64,000 nucleotides of DNA from Flavobacteriales bacterium (GCA_965655625.1 CBFHHA010000004.1:17710-81709); one strand, 5' to 3'. Counted from the stretch's first letter, positions 39,977 through 50,959 are shown. Notes: generated by a model from the sequence alone, not told the origin. Program-made: numbers and translations.

Positions 39977-41296
39977 TTATCTGAAAGATTCCAATCGATC
40001 TGAATCAAATTTTAACAAAAGAAAAATCATAATACTAAACGAGAGCAAAGAGGAACCACCATAACTAAAGAAAGGCAGTGGAATGCCAATAATTGGTGCT
40101 AGTCCCAACACCATTCCGATATTAATAGCAAAATGGATAAAAAAGATGCTTGCAATGGAATAAGCGAAAACTCTATGGAGGGTAGAGCGTTGCCGCTCGG
40201 CAATTGAAATAATTTTGAGAATTAGTGCCATGTATATTGAAAACAAGATAAATCCTCCGATAAATCCCCATTCTTCTGCAACGGTACAAAAAATAAAATC
40301 GGTACTCTGTTCGGGTACTTGGCTGTAGGTGTCATTTGCCAATGTGGCATTTTTATAACCTTTCCCTAAGAATTTTCCTGAACCAATAGCAGACAAGGCT
40401 TGGTGAGAATTATAACCAACACCACGTGGGTCTTGTTTTAGTCCAAGTATAATTTCTACTCTCACTCTTTGATAATGGTTCTCCGGGATTTTTTCAAATC
40501 CATATTTCATTGTAGGTACCAATACGATTGCCGTCAACGTTACCAGAATAATACTGATGTACTTACTTTTTCGGTATCGCTGATAGGTAGTTACGTTTAC
40601 ACCCAAAGTAACCAAAATAGCCATGAGTATTAAAGTGAAAATAAGCGTGTAATGGGAGTGTATGGGAAACCCAAAAAATAAATTGATGGTATCTTTTAGT
40701 AAGAGAGAAACCACTGAAACGACCACAAGTAGAAGTCCGTATAACAAGATATTTCCAATAATTCCTTCCCTGTAGAGCACCAAAATAAATCCGAGAAATA
40801 CCAATACCGTTCCCAAATCTGGTTGTTTTAGAATAAGTAATATAGGAATGAAAATAATAATAGAAAGCCAAATCCTTGTCTGTAACTTGAGTAAAGTAGT
40901 GTTTGTGTTAGCAATGAATAATGCAACCATCAAACTAACTGATATTTTAGAAAATTCGGCTGGTTGAATCCCAAAACTACCCACACCAAACCAAGCCTTT
41001 GCTCCATTTCTTTCTGTACCGATTAACAATACCAATACAAGTAACAGCACAGTGAATCCATAGAAAATAGGGATAGCTTTCTGAATAAATTCACGATCGA
41101 GTAATAAAATGATAATTCCGATACAACTGCTTATTCCAAACCACATTATTTGTTTTCCGTAAGATTTACTCAAAGAGAAAATAGAAGAATAATTCTCATC
41201 ATACGTGGTGGAGTATATGGTGAATATACCTAATAATACCAACAGAAAGTAGAGTCCAAGAAGTTGTTTGTCTATATTTTTAAAGATTTGAGTCAT
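39977..41296 (-). CDS. rodA: Rod shape-determining protein RodA (SEDS family)
   Basis: IQPAEFSK, QPDLGT, PEQSTDFIF, EEWG, SYGGSS. Confidence 0.95.
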   Translation of the reverse strand: MTQIFKNIDKQLLGLYFLLVLLGIFTIYSTTYDENYSSIFSLSKSYGKQIMWFGISSCIGIIILLLDREFIQKAIPIFYGFTVLLLVLVLLIGTERNGAKAWFGVGSFGIQPAEFSKISVSLMVALFIANTNTTLLKLQTRIWLSIIIFIPILLILKQPDLGTVLVFLGFILVLYREGIIGNILLYGLLLVVVSVVSLLLKDTINLFFGFPIHSHYTLIFTLILMAILVTLGVNVTTYQRYRKSKYISIILVTLTAIVLVPTMKYGFEKIPENHYQRVRVEIILGLKQDPRGVGYNSHQALSAIGSGKFLGKGYKNATLANDTYSQVPEQSTDFIFCTVAEEWGFIGGFILFSIYMALILKIISIAERQRSTLHRVFAYSIASIFFIHFAINIGMVLGLAPIIGIPLPFFSYGGSSLLSFSIMIFLLLKFDSDRLESFR

Positions 41297-41297
41297 T

Positions 41298-43100
41298 CTA
41301 AGGGATTAAATTTGCGTCAAGTATACGCCTTTCTTTGGCAGAGTTACTAATCGAGTCGGTTAGGTATTTTTCAACCATTAAACTGGCTACAGGAGCTGCC
41401 CAGGTTCCTCCAAAACCTGCATTTTCGATGTACACTGCAATTGCTATTTTTGGGTTGTACTTGGGTGCAAATGCAATGAAAACAGAATGGTCTTTCCCAC
41501 GGGAATTCTCTACCGTTCCTGTTTTTCCACATAATTCAATTCCTTCAATTTTTGCTCTACTAGCAGTTCCTCCTGCACCTTCCACCACCTGTTGCATGGC
41601 ATCAACAATAAGTTCGAATTTATCTGAACTTACTTTGGTGAATTGTTTATGATTGTACACAGAATCAATGGTGTTTCCTTCTATTTTTTTAATAAAATGG
41701 GGGAAATAGAAGAACCCCCGATTCGCAATGATACATGCCAAATTAGCCATTTGATAGGGCGTTACGAGCATTTCACCTTGCCCAATTGCCAGAGAATTGC
41801 AAGTCCTGAAGTTCCAGCGCATGTTATTCTTATAAATTTTATCGTAAGTAGCCGGTAACGGAATGTTTCCGATAGAATAGCCAGGGAAGTCGATGTGTAA
41901 ATTCATTCCTAAACCAAAAGAGGTAACATATTCATTCCAGATTTTTAGTCCTTTTCTGGATTTTTCGTGCATGTCTTTCCCTTCATTCATGGTGCTCATT
42001 CTCTTGAATGTTTCATAAAAATAAGGGTTGCAAGATACTTTTATCGCATCGGTTAGTCCTTGAGCGGGATTGTGGTTGTGGCAACCAACGAGATTTTTAT
42101 CGCAGTATATTTTTGTGGTTTTATTTATAATTCCGAGTTCCCAAGCAGATAAACCTTGCACCATTTTAAAAATAGATCCTGGCGAATATCTAGATTGTAA
42201 AGCACGATTAAAGAGAGGTTTAAGAGAATCGTTCCGATACAATCTATTCCAGTTTTTGCTCATTGTATCACCACTCAATAAATTAGGATCAAACGAAGGT
42301 GCGGAAATCATACTAAGTATTTCACCGTTAGAAGGTTCAATTGCCACAATGCATCCTATTTTGTTCTGCATGAGCTTTTCTCCATAGCGTTGAAGAGCCA
42401 GGTCGATCGAACTCACAAGATTGTTCCCTGATTTGGCAGTATCCGAGTCAGTTAATTGTTTGAGATTGCCATAAGCATCTCTCAGGAATTGATTTTTTCC
42501 TCTTCTTCCTCGTAGTTCGTCTTCGAAATACTTTTCCAAACCTGAAATTCCAATTCTATCACCTCCCCGGTAATAAGGTTTTTTTTTCACGATATCTCCG
42601 TCTACTTCACGAACATATCCAAGTAAATGAGCAGCAGCATGCCCCGGATAAGTTCTGGTAGATTTCTCTACCATAGCAAAACCAGGATATTTGTACATCA
42701 AGGAGGTAAATTTTGCTACATTTTGTTCCGGAATAGTTTTGATCAAAACTTGTTGCAACTTTCTGTATCTTCCTAGCTCTTTTAGCTTGGTTTTGAGAGA
42801 GTCTTTGGTCAGTAAAACTAGATTACATAATTCTGTTGTGTCAAATTCTTGAATCTTTGAAGGTGTAATTCTTAACTCGAAAATAGTTTTGTTGGCAGCA
42901 AGAATTTCCCCATTTCTGTCAAAAATCAATCCTCTTTCTGGTTCTACAATTCTTCTCGTTTCTGAGATTTTTTTTGATTCTTCGTCCCATTTTGGACTCA
43001 ATACCTGTACAAAAAGTAACCTCAACGAAAAAATGATTCCGATAGAAAGAACAATCGCTAGAATGACCATTTTTCTGCTTTCGAAAGATTGATTTGGCAT
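41298..43100 (-). CDS. mrdA: Penicillin-binding protein 2
   Basis: RGLIFDRNG, PGSIFK, SCN, KTGT; adjacent to rodA. Confidence 0.94.
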   Translation of the reverse strand: MPNQSFESRKMVILAIVLSIGIIFSLRLLFVQVLSPKWDEESKKISETRRIVEPERGLIFDRNGEILAANKTIFELRITPSKIQEFDTTELCNLVLLTKDSLKTKLKELGRYRKLQQVLIKTIPEQNVAKFTSLMYKYPGFAMVEKSTRTYPGHAAAHLLGYVREVDGDIVKKKPYYRGGDRIGISGLEKYFEDELRGRRGKNQFLRDAYGNLKQLTDSDTAKSGNNLVSSIDLALQRYGEKLMQNKIGCIVAIEPSNGEILSMISAPSFDPNLLSGDTMSKNWNRLYRNDSLKPLFNRALQSRYSPGSIFKMVQGLSAWELGIINKTTKIYCDKNLVGCHNHNPAQGLTDAIKVSCNPYFYETFKRMSTMNEGKDMHEKSRKGLKIWNEYVTSFGLGMNLHIDFPGYSIGNIPLPATYDKIYKNNMRWNFRTCNSLAIGQGEMLVTPYQMANLACIIANRGFFYFPHFIKKIEGNTIDSVYNHKQFTKVSSDKFELIVDAMQQVVEGAGGTASRAKIEGIELCGKTGTVENSRGKDHSVFIAFAPKYNPKIAIAVYIENAGFGGTWAAPVASLMVEKYLTDSISNSAKERRILDANLIP

Positions 43101-43246
43101 TTTAATTTGTCTGGTTTTGTGCTATTTGATTTGAGTTTCAAAGATACACGGTTTATTCCATATTTTAGTTTAGCGTGGTAGATAATTTAATTTTAGCATT
43201 AAAAAAGCTAACTTTGGGTTTTCATTTCAGAATTTTAACCATACTT

Positions 43247-44587
43247 ATGAAGATAATTATCACTGGAGCGGGAGATGTGGGTTACCATCTGGCAAAAATG
43301 CTTTCGAGTGAATTGCAAGATATTTATGTCATCGATGAGGATGAATCCCGGCTAGATTATGTTCAATCTCATATAGATATTTTCCCCATTTTAGGCGATG
43401 CAAAATCTTTTGATGTATTGAGTGAAGCTAAAGTAAATCAATGTGATTTATTAATTGCGGTTACCTCGTCAGAAGAAACCAATCTGTTGGTATCTATTAT
43501 GGCAAAAAAATATGGAGCTAAGAAGACGATTGCGCGAGTGAGTACACTAGAAAATCTGCAGGAAGATCGCCAAGAGATGTTCAAAGACTTGGGAATTGAT
43601 ACGCTAATTTCACCGGATATTCTGGCGGCAGAAGAAATAGAAAGATTAGTAAAAAAATCAGCTTTTACCGATAATATAGAATTTGAGGGAGGAAAACTTA
43701 CGGTGTTTGGAATAGCAATTGGGAAAGAATCAAAGCTCAAGGACCAAACAGTAGGTGAAAGCTCATATTTGAATCCTAATTTATCTTTCAAACCCATTGC
43801 TATTCACCGAAACGAGAGCACCATTATTGTGACCAAAGACACCACAATTCGCGAACACGATATTGTGTATTTTATTTCCACGCCCGAATCAATTGACAGA
43901 ATTACTGAGTTTTGTGACCAAAAATGTTTTGAGATTAAGAACATCATGATTTTGGGAGGAAATAGATTAGGAGAATTAACTGCCAGAATTTTTCAAGATA
44001 ATTACAAAGTAATTGTGATAGAAGGAGATGAAAAAAAGTGTGATATGTTGGCTAATAATTTGAACAATACATTGGTATTAAACATTGACGGAAGAGATGT
44101 GGAAACAATGAAGGAGGAGGGTCTAGGCGATATGGATGCTTTGATTTCTGTGACTCGTAATTCTGAAACAAATATCATTTCTTCGCTCGTAGCAAAAAAT
44201 CATGGAGTAAGAAAAACGATCGCTCGAGTAGAAAATATTGACTACATCCATTTGTCGCAAAACATTGGAGTGGATACACTCATCAATAAGAAAGTGATAG
44301 CAGCGAGCAATATATTTAAGCACATTAGAAAAGGCCATGTAGATGCGATTGCAAATTTACACGGAGTAGATGCCGAAATAATTGAGTTTACGGTTAAACC
44401 AAATTCTAAAGTGACCCAAAAGCGAATAAAGAATTTAAAATTTCCTAAAACAGCTAACATTTCTGGCGTGATACGAGGAGATGAAAGTCTTATTCCGTTT
44501 GGAGATTTTCAGCTGAATGAAGGGGACAAAGCAGTGGTATTTTGCTTAACCCAATCGATTCATCAAATAGAAAGATATTTCCAATAA
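43247..44587 (+). CDS. trkA: Trk potassium uptake NAD-binding subunit
   Basis: GAGDVG Rossmann motif, duplicated TrkA_N/TrkA_C; start moved to ATG 43247. Confidence 0.94.
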   Translation: MKIIITGAGDVGYHLAKMLSSELQDIYVIDEDESRLDYVQSHIDIFPILGDAKSFDVLSEAKVNQCDLLIAVTSSEETNLLVSIMAKKYGAKKTIARVSTLENLQEDRQEMFKDLGIDTLISPDILAAEEIERLVKKSAFTDNIEFEGGKLTVFGIAIGKESKLKDQTVGESSYLNPNLSFKPIAIHRNESTIIVTKDTTIREHDIVYFISTPESIDRITEFCDQKCFEIKNIMILGGNRLGELTARIFQDNYKVIVIEGDEKKCDMLANNLNNTLVLNIDGRDVETMKEEGLGDMDALISVTRNSETNIISSLVAKNHGVRKTIARVENIDYIHLSQNIGVDTLINKKVIAASNIFKHIRKGHVDAIANLHGVDAEIIEFTVKPNSKVTQKRIKNLKFPKTANISGVIRGDESLIPFGDFQLNEGDKAVVFCLTQSIHQIERYFQ

Positions 44588-44589
44588 AA

Positions 44590-46080
44590 ATGGGAGGAAC
44601 AAAAAAACTCATAAATTTTGGAGTAATTGGTTACGTAATTGGTTCATTATTACTTATCAATGGATTCCTGATGGCATTGCCGTTGGGCTTTTCCTATTAT
44701 TTCAAGGACGGTGCAGAAGTATCTTTTCTGTTGGCTAGCGGACTTACGTTTGCAATTGGATTTTCATTCCGTTATTTCCTAAGATCTTTCAAAGAAGCAG
44801 AAATCAAGAGGCGAGAAGGGTTTATTATCGTTTCTTTCAGCTGGATTGCAATGACTCTTTTTGGCACATTGCCTTATGTTTTGTCAGAATCAATACCCAA
44901 TTTCTCCAATGCATTTTTTGAAACAATGTCGGGATTTTCCACCACTGGAGCTTCTATTTTAGATAATATTGAAGTAATGCCCGAGAGTATTTTGTTCTGG
45001 AGAAGTATGACTCAATGGATTGGTGGAATGGGAATTATTGTACTCACGATTGCCATATTGCCACTTCTTGGAATTGGCGGAATGGAACTTTTTGTAAACG
45101 AAGCACCAGGACCTACAAAGGATAAAATTCATCCAAGAATCAAAGAAACTGCCAAACGGTTGTGGGTGATTTATTTGTTTCTTACCCTTGCCGAGACAGT
45201 CGTTTTGATGTGTTGCGGAATGGGATTCTTCGATGCAATTAATCATTCATTAACCACCACTTCCACGGGAGGTTTTTCAACTAAGCAGGCTAGTATAGCT
45301 CATTTCAATTCTCCTCTTATAGAAACCGTAATCGTAGTGTTTATGTTTTTGGCTGGAACTAATTTCACTCTAATATATTTTGGTTTTAAAGGAAAAATCA
45401 GTAGAATTTGGCAAAACGATGAATTCAAATGGTACCTCATGGCAGTTATCGGGTTTATTACATTGCTTACTCCAGCCGTATTTTTGGATGCAGAAAATAT
45501 GAACAATGGATTTTCGTTAGTCGAATCCTTTCGTTTAGTTGCATTTCAGGTAGTCAGTATTATTACCACCACCGGATTTGCAAGTGGTATTTTTACTGAA
45601 TGGGGAGTTTTTGCGTCTTTTATCTTTTTTCTTCTCCTATTTTCAGGAGCTTCGGCTGGATCTACCAGTGGAGGAATGAAAATCGTACGGATCGTTATTC
45701 TGATAAAGAATGGATTTTTGGAGTTCAAAAGAAGAATTCATCCCAACGCAATCGTACCTGTTCATCTCAATGGGAAATCAATAAACAATAAAGTGATTTA
45801 TAATTTATTGGCTTTCTTGTTTTTATACCTATTTATGTTTGTGATGGGAAGTATCATCATGGCAGCTATGCCGGGAGTAGATTTACTAACAGCCATCAGT
45901 TCCGTTGCGACTTCTATTGGTAACGTGGGGCCGGGAATTGCTTCTGTAGATCCTTCGCAGAGTTTTGCTCACCTTCCCGATGCTGGAAAATGGGTACTTT
46001 CTTTCCTCATGCTTTTTGGTAGATTAGAATTGTTTACTGTAGCAGTTCTGTTCTCTCCTTATTTTTGGAGGGTGAATTAA
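44590..46080 (+). CDS. trkH: Trk potassium uptake membrane subunit
   Basis: FETMSGFSTTG, QWIGGMG, TGGFS, GSTSGG.K, GNVGPG, GRLE. Confidence 0.94.
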   Translation: MGGTKKLINFGVIGYVIGSLLLINGFLMALPLGFSYYFKDGAEVSFLLASGLTFAIGFSFRYFLRSFKEAEIKRREGFIIVSFSWIAMTLFGTLPYVLSESIPNFSNAFFETMSGFSTTGASILDNIEVMPESILFWRSMTQWIGGMGIIVLTIAILPLLGIGGMELFVNEAPGPTKDKIHPRIKETAKRLWVIYLFLTLAETVVLMCCGMGFFDAINHSLTTTSTGGFSTKQASIAHFNSPLIETVIVVFMFLAGTNFTLIYFGFKGKISRIWQNDEFKWYLMAVIGFITLLTPAVFLDAENMNNGFSLVESFRLVAFQVVSIITTTGFASGIFTEWGVFASFIFFLLLFSGASAGSTSGGMKIVRIVILIKNGFLEFKRRIHPNAIVPVHLNGKSINNKVIYNLLAFLFLYLFMFVMGSIIMAAMPGVDLLTAISSVATSIGNVGPGIASVDPSQSFAHLPDAGKWVLSFLMLFGRLELFTVAVLFSPYFWRVN

Positions 46081-46182
46081 CATAGTCTTCAGTAGGAGTT
46101 TTCAGATTGTAAAAGAAACCTAAAACTTGTAACTTGCATCCCTATGTCCCGAGAATTCGGGAAGTAACCAGCTCACTAGAAC

Positions 46183-46974
46183 ATGGACTATTTAAAAATA
46201 AACAAAAACTCTTGGAATAAACGCACTGAAGTGCATTACGATTCGGAGTTTTATGACAACTCAAATTTTAAGAAAACGAGAAACTCACTGAATGAGATCG
46301 AGTTGGAGTTTTTAACCGATTTAAAAGGAAAGAAAATATTGCATTTGCAATGTCATTTTGGTCAAGACAGTATCTCGTTGAGTAAATTGGGAGCAGAAGT
46401 AACGGGAGTAGATTTATCGGATGTGGCGATTGAAAAGGCGCAAAATTTAGCCAGAGAAATGAACGCTGCCACCGAGTTTATTTGTTCCGATGTGTATGGT
46501 TTGCCAAACATTCATGAGAAAAAATACGATTACGTTTTCTCTAGTTATGGAACAGTAGGCTGGTTGCCCGATTCGGAAAAATGGGCAGCGGTAATTTCTC
46601 ATTTTTTGAAACCTGGCGGGAAGTTCATTTTTGCAGAATTTCATCCGGTTGTTTGGATGTTCGATAATGCGCTAGAAAAAGTGACTTACCGCTATTTTAA
46701 TTCCGATCCAATTGTAGAAGAAGAGGAGGGAACCTACACCGATACAACTGCCAATATCAAAGAAACCTGCGTAACTTGGAATCACGGGCTTAGCGAGATA
46801 TTTAATAGTTTGAAAAATAACGGATTGCAAGTTCAAGAATTCCGAGAATTCGATTATTCTCCTTACAATTGTTTCCAGAATTTGGAGGAAGTTGAAAAAG
46901 GGAAATATAGATTTAAAAAACACGGAGATAAAATCCCGATGGTGTATGCGTTGGTGGCGGAGAAAATCGATTGA
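46183..46974 (+). CDS. Class I SAM-dependent methyltransferase
   Basis: LHLQCHFGQD, GVDLS, LKPGG..EFHP. Confidence 0.88.
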   Translation: MDYLKINKNSWNKRTEVHYDSEFYDNSNFKKTRNSLNEIELEFLTDLKGKKILHLQCHFGQDSISLSKLGAEVTGVDLSDVAIEKAQNLAREMNAATEFICSDVYGLPNIHEKKYDYVFSSYGTVGWLPDSEKWAAVISHFLKPGGKFIFAEFHPVVWMFDNALEKVTYRYFNSDPIVEEEEGTYTDTTANIKETCVTWNHGLSEIFNSLKNNGLQVQEFREFDYSPYNCFQNLEEVEKGKYRFKKHGDKIPMVYALVAEKID

Positions 46975-46997
46975 CCTAAAAATTTAAAAAATCGTCA

Positions 46998-47078
46998 GTC
47001 ACCCTGAACTTGAATCAGGGTCTGTCTTCAAATATTGACTCAACTAATTTACAGATTCCGCATCAAATGTGGAATGAC
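46998..47078. repeat. REP doublet (REPIN-like)
   Basis: GTCACCCTGAACTTGAATCAGGGTCT and inverted AGATTCCGCATCAAATGTGGAATGAC; each is a GTCA-footed hairpin. Confidence 0.55.
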
Positions 47079-47321
47079 TTTCAGTTATTTTGTTCTGCTA
47101 GATTTTTTCTGTGTGTAAAAAGAATAATATTTGTTTAAATCACACTTCGATACTCTCTTCCGAAGTGCCAGGATCTAACTCAGGGTTCAGTTTAGCACAA
47201 TCCTCGGACGGAGCGCACAATTGTTAGGTACAGGCTTTATCTGAGGGAGTGGGAATTTAAATGCTTATTTCTTACTCAACGAATTTGGAGCTGCTTCCTT
47301 TAGGGAAGGTCAGGATTGGAT

Positions 47322-47398
47322 AATCTTCCAAATTGCCATTACATATCCCAAATGCAATCCTTCTTGAATGTTATGGCATTTTATGGCCTCTTTAATCA
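47322..47398 (-). pseudogene. Fragment resembling the C-terminus of a DinB-family protein
   Basis: Minus strand reads KEAIKCHNIQEGLHLGYVMAIWK, similar to the HEGLHLGY motif. Confidence 0.4.
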
Positions 47399-47654
47399 TT
47401 GAGTGAGTTTCATTTTAGCTCCTTGTTTAGTCTTTATTACTCAATAATATACATGTTTTTAAGCTACATCGAATTTGGTAACCAAATCGAGTGCCTTTGG
47501 TTTGAGTGAATTCAAATCTTTGTTCAAAATTGCTTCTTCGAATCTGTTTCATATTCTGATTTTATCCACTGATTTTGTTCATTTAAAATAAATGATAAAA
47601 CAAGGAAGTTGAGTTGAAACCATTATTTCAATAAATGAGTTGAGACGACTTTTT

Positions 47655-47951
47655 TTACAATTCAAATTTTCTTTCCATACTCCAAGCCTCTGGTTTGGCG
47701 CAGAACAGTGGTTTGACGGTTTTCCAAATTTTCAGAAAGAGTTCTGAGTTGCGATAAGTTTCGAGGTTCTCTTTTTTATCCCAATAGCTGTAGGTCATTA
47801 CCACATTGTTGTACCTTCCTTTTTCTTGAAGTAGCTCTAGCTTTTGGCAACCCTCGTGCTTTCTAATTAGGTGCATGTTTGATTCGTAAATTTCTTTAAA
47901 CTCCTCAACCTTATCTGGGTGAATAGTTAATTTTACAATCCGAATAAGCAT
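47655..47951 (-). CDS. Antibiotic biosynthesis monooxygenase family protein
   Basis: RIVKL...GC..LEL...TYSYW...YRNSELF..W...K.LF..KPEAWS. Confidence 0.85.
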   Translation of the reverse strand: MLIRIVKLTIHPDKVEEFKEIYESNMHLIRKHEGCQKLELLQEKGRYNNVVMTYSYWDKKENLETYRNSELFLKIWKTVKPLFCAKPEAWSMERKFEL

Positions 47952-47954
47952 AAT

Positions 47955-48752
47955 TTATTTATTAAATGATACGGTAACAATTTCATCTTCTTTTAATCCT
48001 AGTAACTGCGAAGCACTCCCTCCATATCCTTCAACTCCTCTGTTTATAGCAATCTCGAGGTTTCCTCCAGTATTAAAAAGCGCTAGCTTCATGCCATCTC
48101 CCACAATGGAGTAGGTAGAACTTAGCTCTTTTAATTCATAGTTTCTAAAACCGATAGTAAAGCTTCTTTTTTTACCAATTTCATCAAATAATTTTCGGGA
48201 AATATTAGTAATGGCATTTCCATAAGAATCTACGTGAACTACCGAACCTCGGATAAAAAATTCTTGAGTTTGTGGAATTGGCTTTTGGAAAGTGGCTATT
48301 TTTTCAATTCTTTTTCCAATAAATTCGGGAGTTCCTCCTCGCGCAATATGACAAGCCGCTTTTGCAAAAATATCTCTCGTTGGGAAAGTAAGTACGTTCG
48401 TATCAATGTCTAGGTTTAGTTCATAGAAACTAGTAGGTGCCGTGTCATAGATTAGAGAAAATAGCCCGTTGTCTGCTCCGATAAAAAAATGACCTTTGTA
48501 CTCCATCAATATCGCTTGGCGGGAGGTGGAAATTCCCGAATCTACTCCTATGATGTGGACGGTACCTTGCGGGAAATTTTCAAAAGCGTGTTTTACCGTG
48601 TAAGCCGCATTTCGAATATCGAAAATTTTTATTTCATTCGTAATGTCTACAATGGTAACATCACCATTTAGGGCTTTCAATATACTTCCCTTTACTGCAG
48701 ATACATAATAATCTTCAATTCCTAAATCGGTTGTTAAAGTGATTATAGCCAT
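47955..48752 (-). CDS. SAM hydroxide adenosyltransferase / chlorinase-fluorinase family protein
   Basis: ITLTTDLG, VHIIGVD, ADNGLF, TFPTRDIF, VDSYGNAITN, LEIAIN. Confidence 0.9.
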   Translation of the reverse strand: MAIITLTTDLGIEDYYVSAVKGSILKALNGDVTIVDITNEIKIFDIRNAAYTVKHAFENFPQGTVHIIGVDSGISTSRQAILMEYKGHFFIGADNGLFSLIYDTAPTSFYELNLDIDTNVLTFPTRDIFAKAACHIARGGTPEFIGKRIEKIATFQKPIPQTQEFFIRGSVVHVDSYGNAITNISRKLFDEIGKKRSFTIGFRNYELKELSSTYSIVGDGMKLALFNTGGNLEIAINRGVEGYGGSASQLLGLKEDEIVTVSFNK

Positions 48753-48884
48753 GCAGATAATTCGTGTTACTTAATTGTTACTAATCTAAGTCAAAAATAA
48801 GAATTAAATGCAGGTTTTAAATTATTTACTCCGAATTTATTTATATTTATTGAAGGAACTATAAACTGAAAAATAAACTCAAAC

Positions 48885-49820
48885 TTGACTGAAAAAATAT
48901 TTACCATTACCGACATTGAACCAATTGATTTATTGGGAGTAAACAATAAAATTTTAAAGACAGTGGAAGCAAAGTTTCCTTCATTAAAAATAGTATCGAG
49001 AGGAAGAACGCTTAAACTAGTTGGAGAGGAAGAATTAATTGATGAGTTTATTGAAAAAATAAAATTAATGACCACTTATTTCTTAAAATACAAAACACTG
49101 ACAGAAGGTGATATTGAAAATATTTTGGGAGAAAATGGACATGAAACGGTTAAAGATTCGAAAGGAGATTTAGTAATTGTACATGCCAATAATGGAAAAA
49201 AAGTAATTGCCCGAACGCATAATCAAAGAAGATTGGTAGAGGCAAGTTTTGAAAACGACATGGTTTTTTCTGTGGGTCCTGCTGGAACGGGAAAAACATA
49301 TACTGCGGTAGCTTTGGCGGTTAGAGCCCTCAAGAACAAAGAAGTGAGAAAAATTATCTTGACAAGACCAGCGGTCGAGGCAGGAGAGAATTTAGGTTTT
49401 TTACCGGGTGATTTAAAAGAAAAATTGGATCCTTATTTACAACCTCTTTACGATGCTCTCAGAGATATGATTCCTGCCGAAAAATTGGAAGATTTCATCG
49501 AGAACAACATTGTTCAAATAGCTCCTTTGGCGTTTATGCGGGGAAGAACTCTGGACAATGCTTTTGTAATTCTGGACGAGGCTCAAAACGCTACCGAAGG
49601 CCAAATAAAAATGTTCCTTACCCGAATGGGAAGAAATGCCCAATTTATTGTCAATGGAGATCCTTCGCAAGTGGATTTGCCAAGGAATCAAAACTCAGGG
49701 CTAATCAAAGCGCTTGCCGTCTTGCGAGACATTGAAGGAATTGCTATTGTAGAATTGGATGAAAATGACGTAATTCGTCACCGATTGGTTAAAAAGATTA
49801 TCAAAGCATTTAAACAATAA
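48885..49820 (+). CDS. phoH: PhoH-family ATPase
   Basis: GPAGTGKT, RPAVEAGE.LGFLPG, MRGRT, DEAQN. Confidence 0.95.
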   Translation: MTEKIFTITDIEPIDLLGVNNKILKTVEAKFPSLKIVSRGRTLKLVGEEELIDEFIEKIKLMTTYFLKYKTLTEGDIENILGENGHETVKDSKGDLVIVHANNGKKVIARTHNQRRLVEASFENDMVFSVGPAGTGKTYTAVALAVRALKNKEVRKIILTRPAVEAGENLGFLPGDLKEKLDPYLQPLYDALRDMIPAEKLEDFIENNIVQIAPLAFMRGRTLDNAFVILDEAQNATEGQIKMFLTRMGRNAQFIVNGDPSQVDLPRNQNSGLIKALAVLRDIEGIAIVELDENDVIRHRLVKKIIKAFKQ

Positions 49821-49824
49821 GAAA

Positions 49825-50223
49825 ATGAATATTGAAAGTATAAAAACGTCCATTGAGAATAGCCAAAAAGCTGTTTATGACTTCTTAATGGATTTGAATA
49901 ATGTAGAAAGTTTACTGCCCGAGGGAAAATTCACCGAATGGAAAGGCAGTTATGACGAATGTTCATTTAAAATGCAGGGATTTAGTTTGACATTGAAAAA
50001 AGACAGTTCCACACCAAATAGTGAGATAAAACTCACTTCGGGTGAGGATTCTCCAATTGATTTCGATTTGAATATTTTCATCGAAGAAAAGGGGGAGATG
50101 AGTGCAGAGGCATTCTTGATTTGTGAGGCAAGAGTAAATTCCTTTTTGAAAATGATGATCGAAAAGCCATTGACCAATTTATTCAACCACATGAGCGAAA
50201 AATTAAGCAGAGTTTCGCTCTAA
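49825..50223 (+). CDS. SRPBCC/CoxG-like hypothetical protein
   Basis: VYDFL.DLNN...LLP and MMIEKPLTNL pattern. Confidence 0.6.
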   Translation: MNIESIKTSIENSQKAVYDFLMDLNNVESLLPEGKFTEWKGSYDECSFKMQGFSLTLKKDSSTPNSEIKLTSGEDSPIDFDLNIFIEEKGEMSAEAFLICEARVNSFLKMMIEKPLTNLFNHMSEKLSRVSL

Positions 50224-50245
50224 ATTCTGGGTAGGATTTGGTTTG

Positions 50246-50959
50246 TTAAATCAGTCCTTCATCAGCAAAGCTCAAGTAATTTCCGTCACCAATAATAAGA
50301 TGATCCAATACTTTTAAGTCAAGTAGATTTGCTCCTTCAACTACTTTCTTAGTCAAACTAATATCGCTCGGGCTTGGTTTTAAGTTTCCCGAAGGATGAT
50401 TGTGGGCCAAAATGATTGCAGAAGCTAGTTTGTCTATCGATTTTTTAAATATCACTTTCACATCTGCAGTGGTTTGGGAAACACCACCTCTTCCAATGAG
50501 TTGTTTCCCAATAATTTTATTGGCTCTATTCAATATAACAATCCAAAATTCTTCGTGCGGTAAATCCGTTAGAACCGATTTAATGTATTCATACACTTGG
50601 TTGCTTGAGCTAACTTGAACTTTTTCAAGAATCTCTTCGCTTTTTCTTCTTCTACCCAGTTCCAAAGCAGCAACTATGCTTATCGCTTTTGCCTCGCCAA
50701 TTCCCTTAAATTTAGTGAGGTCCGAGACGGTAAGTTTTGCTAATTCATTTAAGTTGTTTTGCGATTCATTTAATATCCGTTTACAGAGTTCTATTGCGCT
50801 TTCCTCTCTGTTTCCACTTCCAATCAAAATAGCAATTAACTCAGCATCAGAAAGTATTTGCCTTCCTTGTGCCATGAGTTTTTCTCTTGGTTGATCTTCT
50901 TCAGACCAATTTTTTATAGAGAGTTTTTGATAAGTTTCAGAATCTTTTTTCACAAGCAT
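50246..50959 (-). CDS. radC: RadC/JAB-domain protein
   Basis: PREKL, LSDAELIAIL, GIGEAKA, HNHPSG, LDHLIIG. Confidence 0.94.
   Translation of the reverse strand: MLVKKDSETYQKLSIKNWSEEDQPREKLMAQGRQILSDAELIAILIGSGNREESAIELCKRILNESQNNLNELAKLTVSDLTKFKGIGEAKAISIVAALELGRRRKSEEILEKVQVSSSNQVYEYIKSVLTDLPHEEFWIVILNRANKIIGKQLIGRGGVSQTTADVKVIFKKSIDKLASAIILAHNHPSGNLKPSPSDISLTKKVVEGANLLDLKVLDHLIIGDGNYLSFADEGLI

Noticed and set aside
47173..47229. ATCTAAC...GTTAGGT 57 bp apart, matching canonical attC R boxes
   Set aside because: No complementary L boxes or internal stem and no ORF ending next to it; likely chance
50246..50959. radC as a marker of a mobile element
   Set aside because: Full-length chromosomal-type RadC among housekeeping genes, with no mobile context
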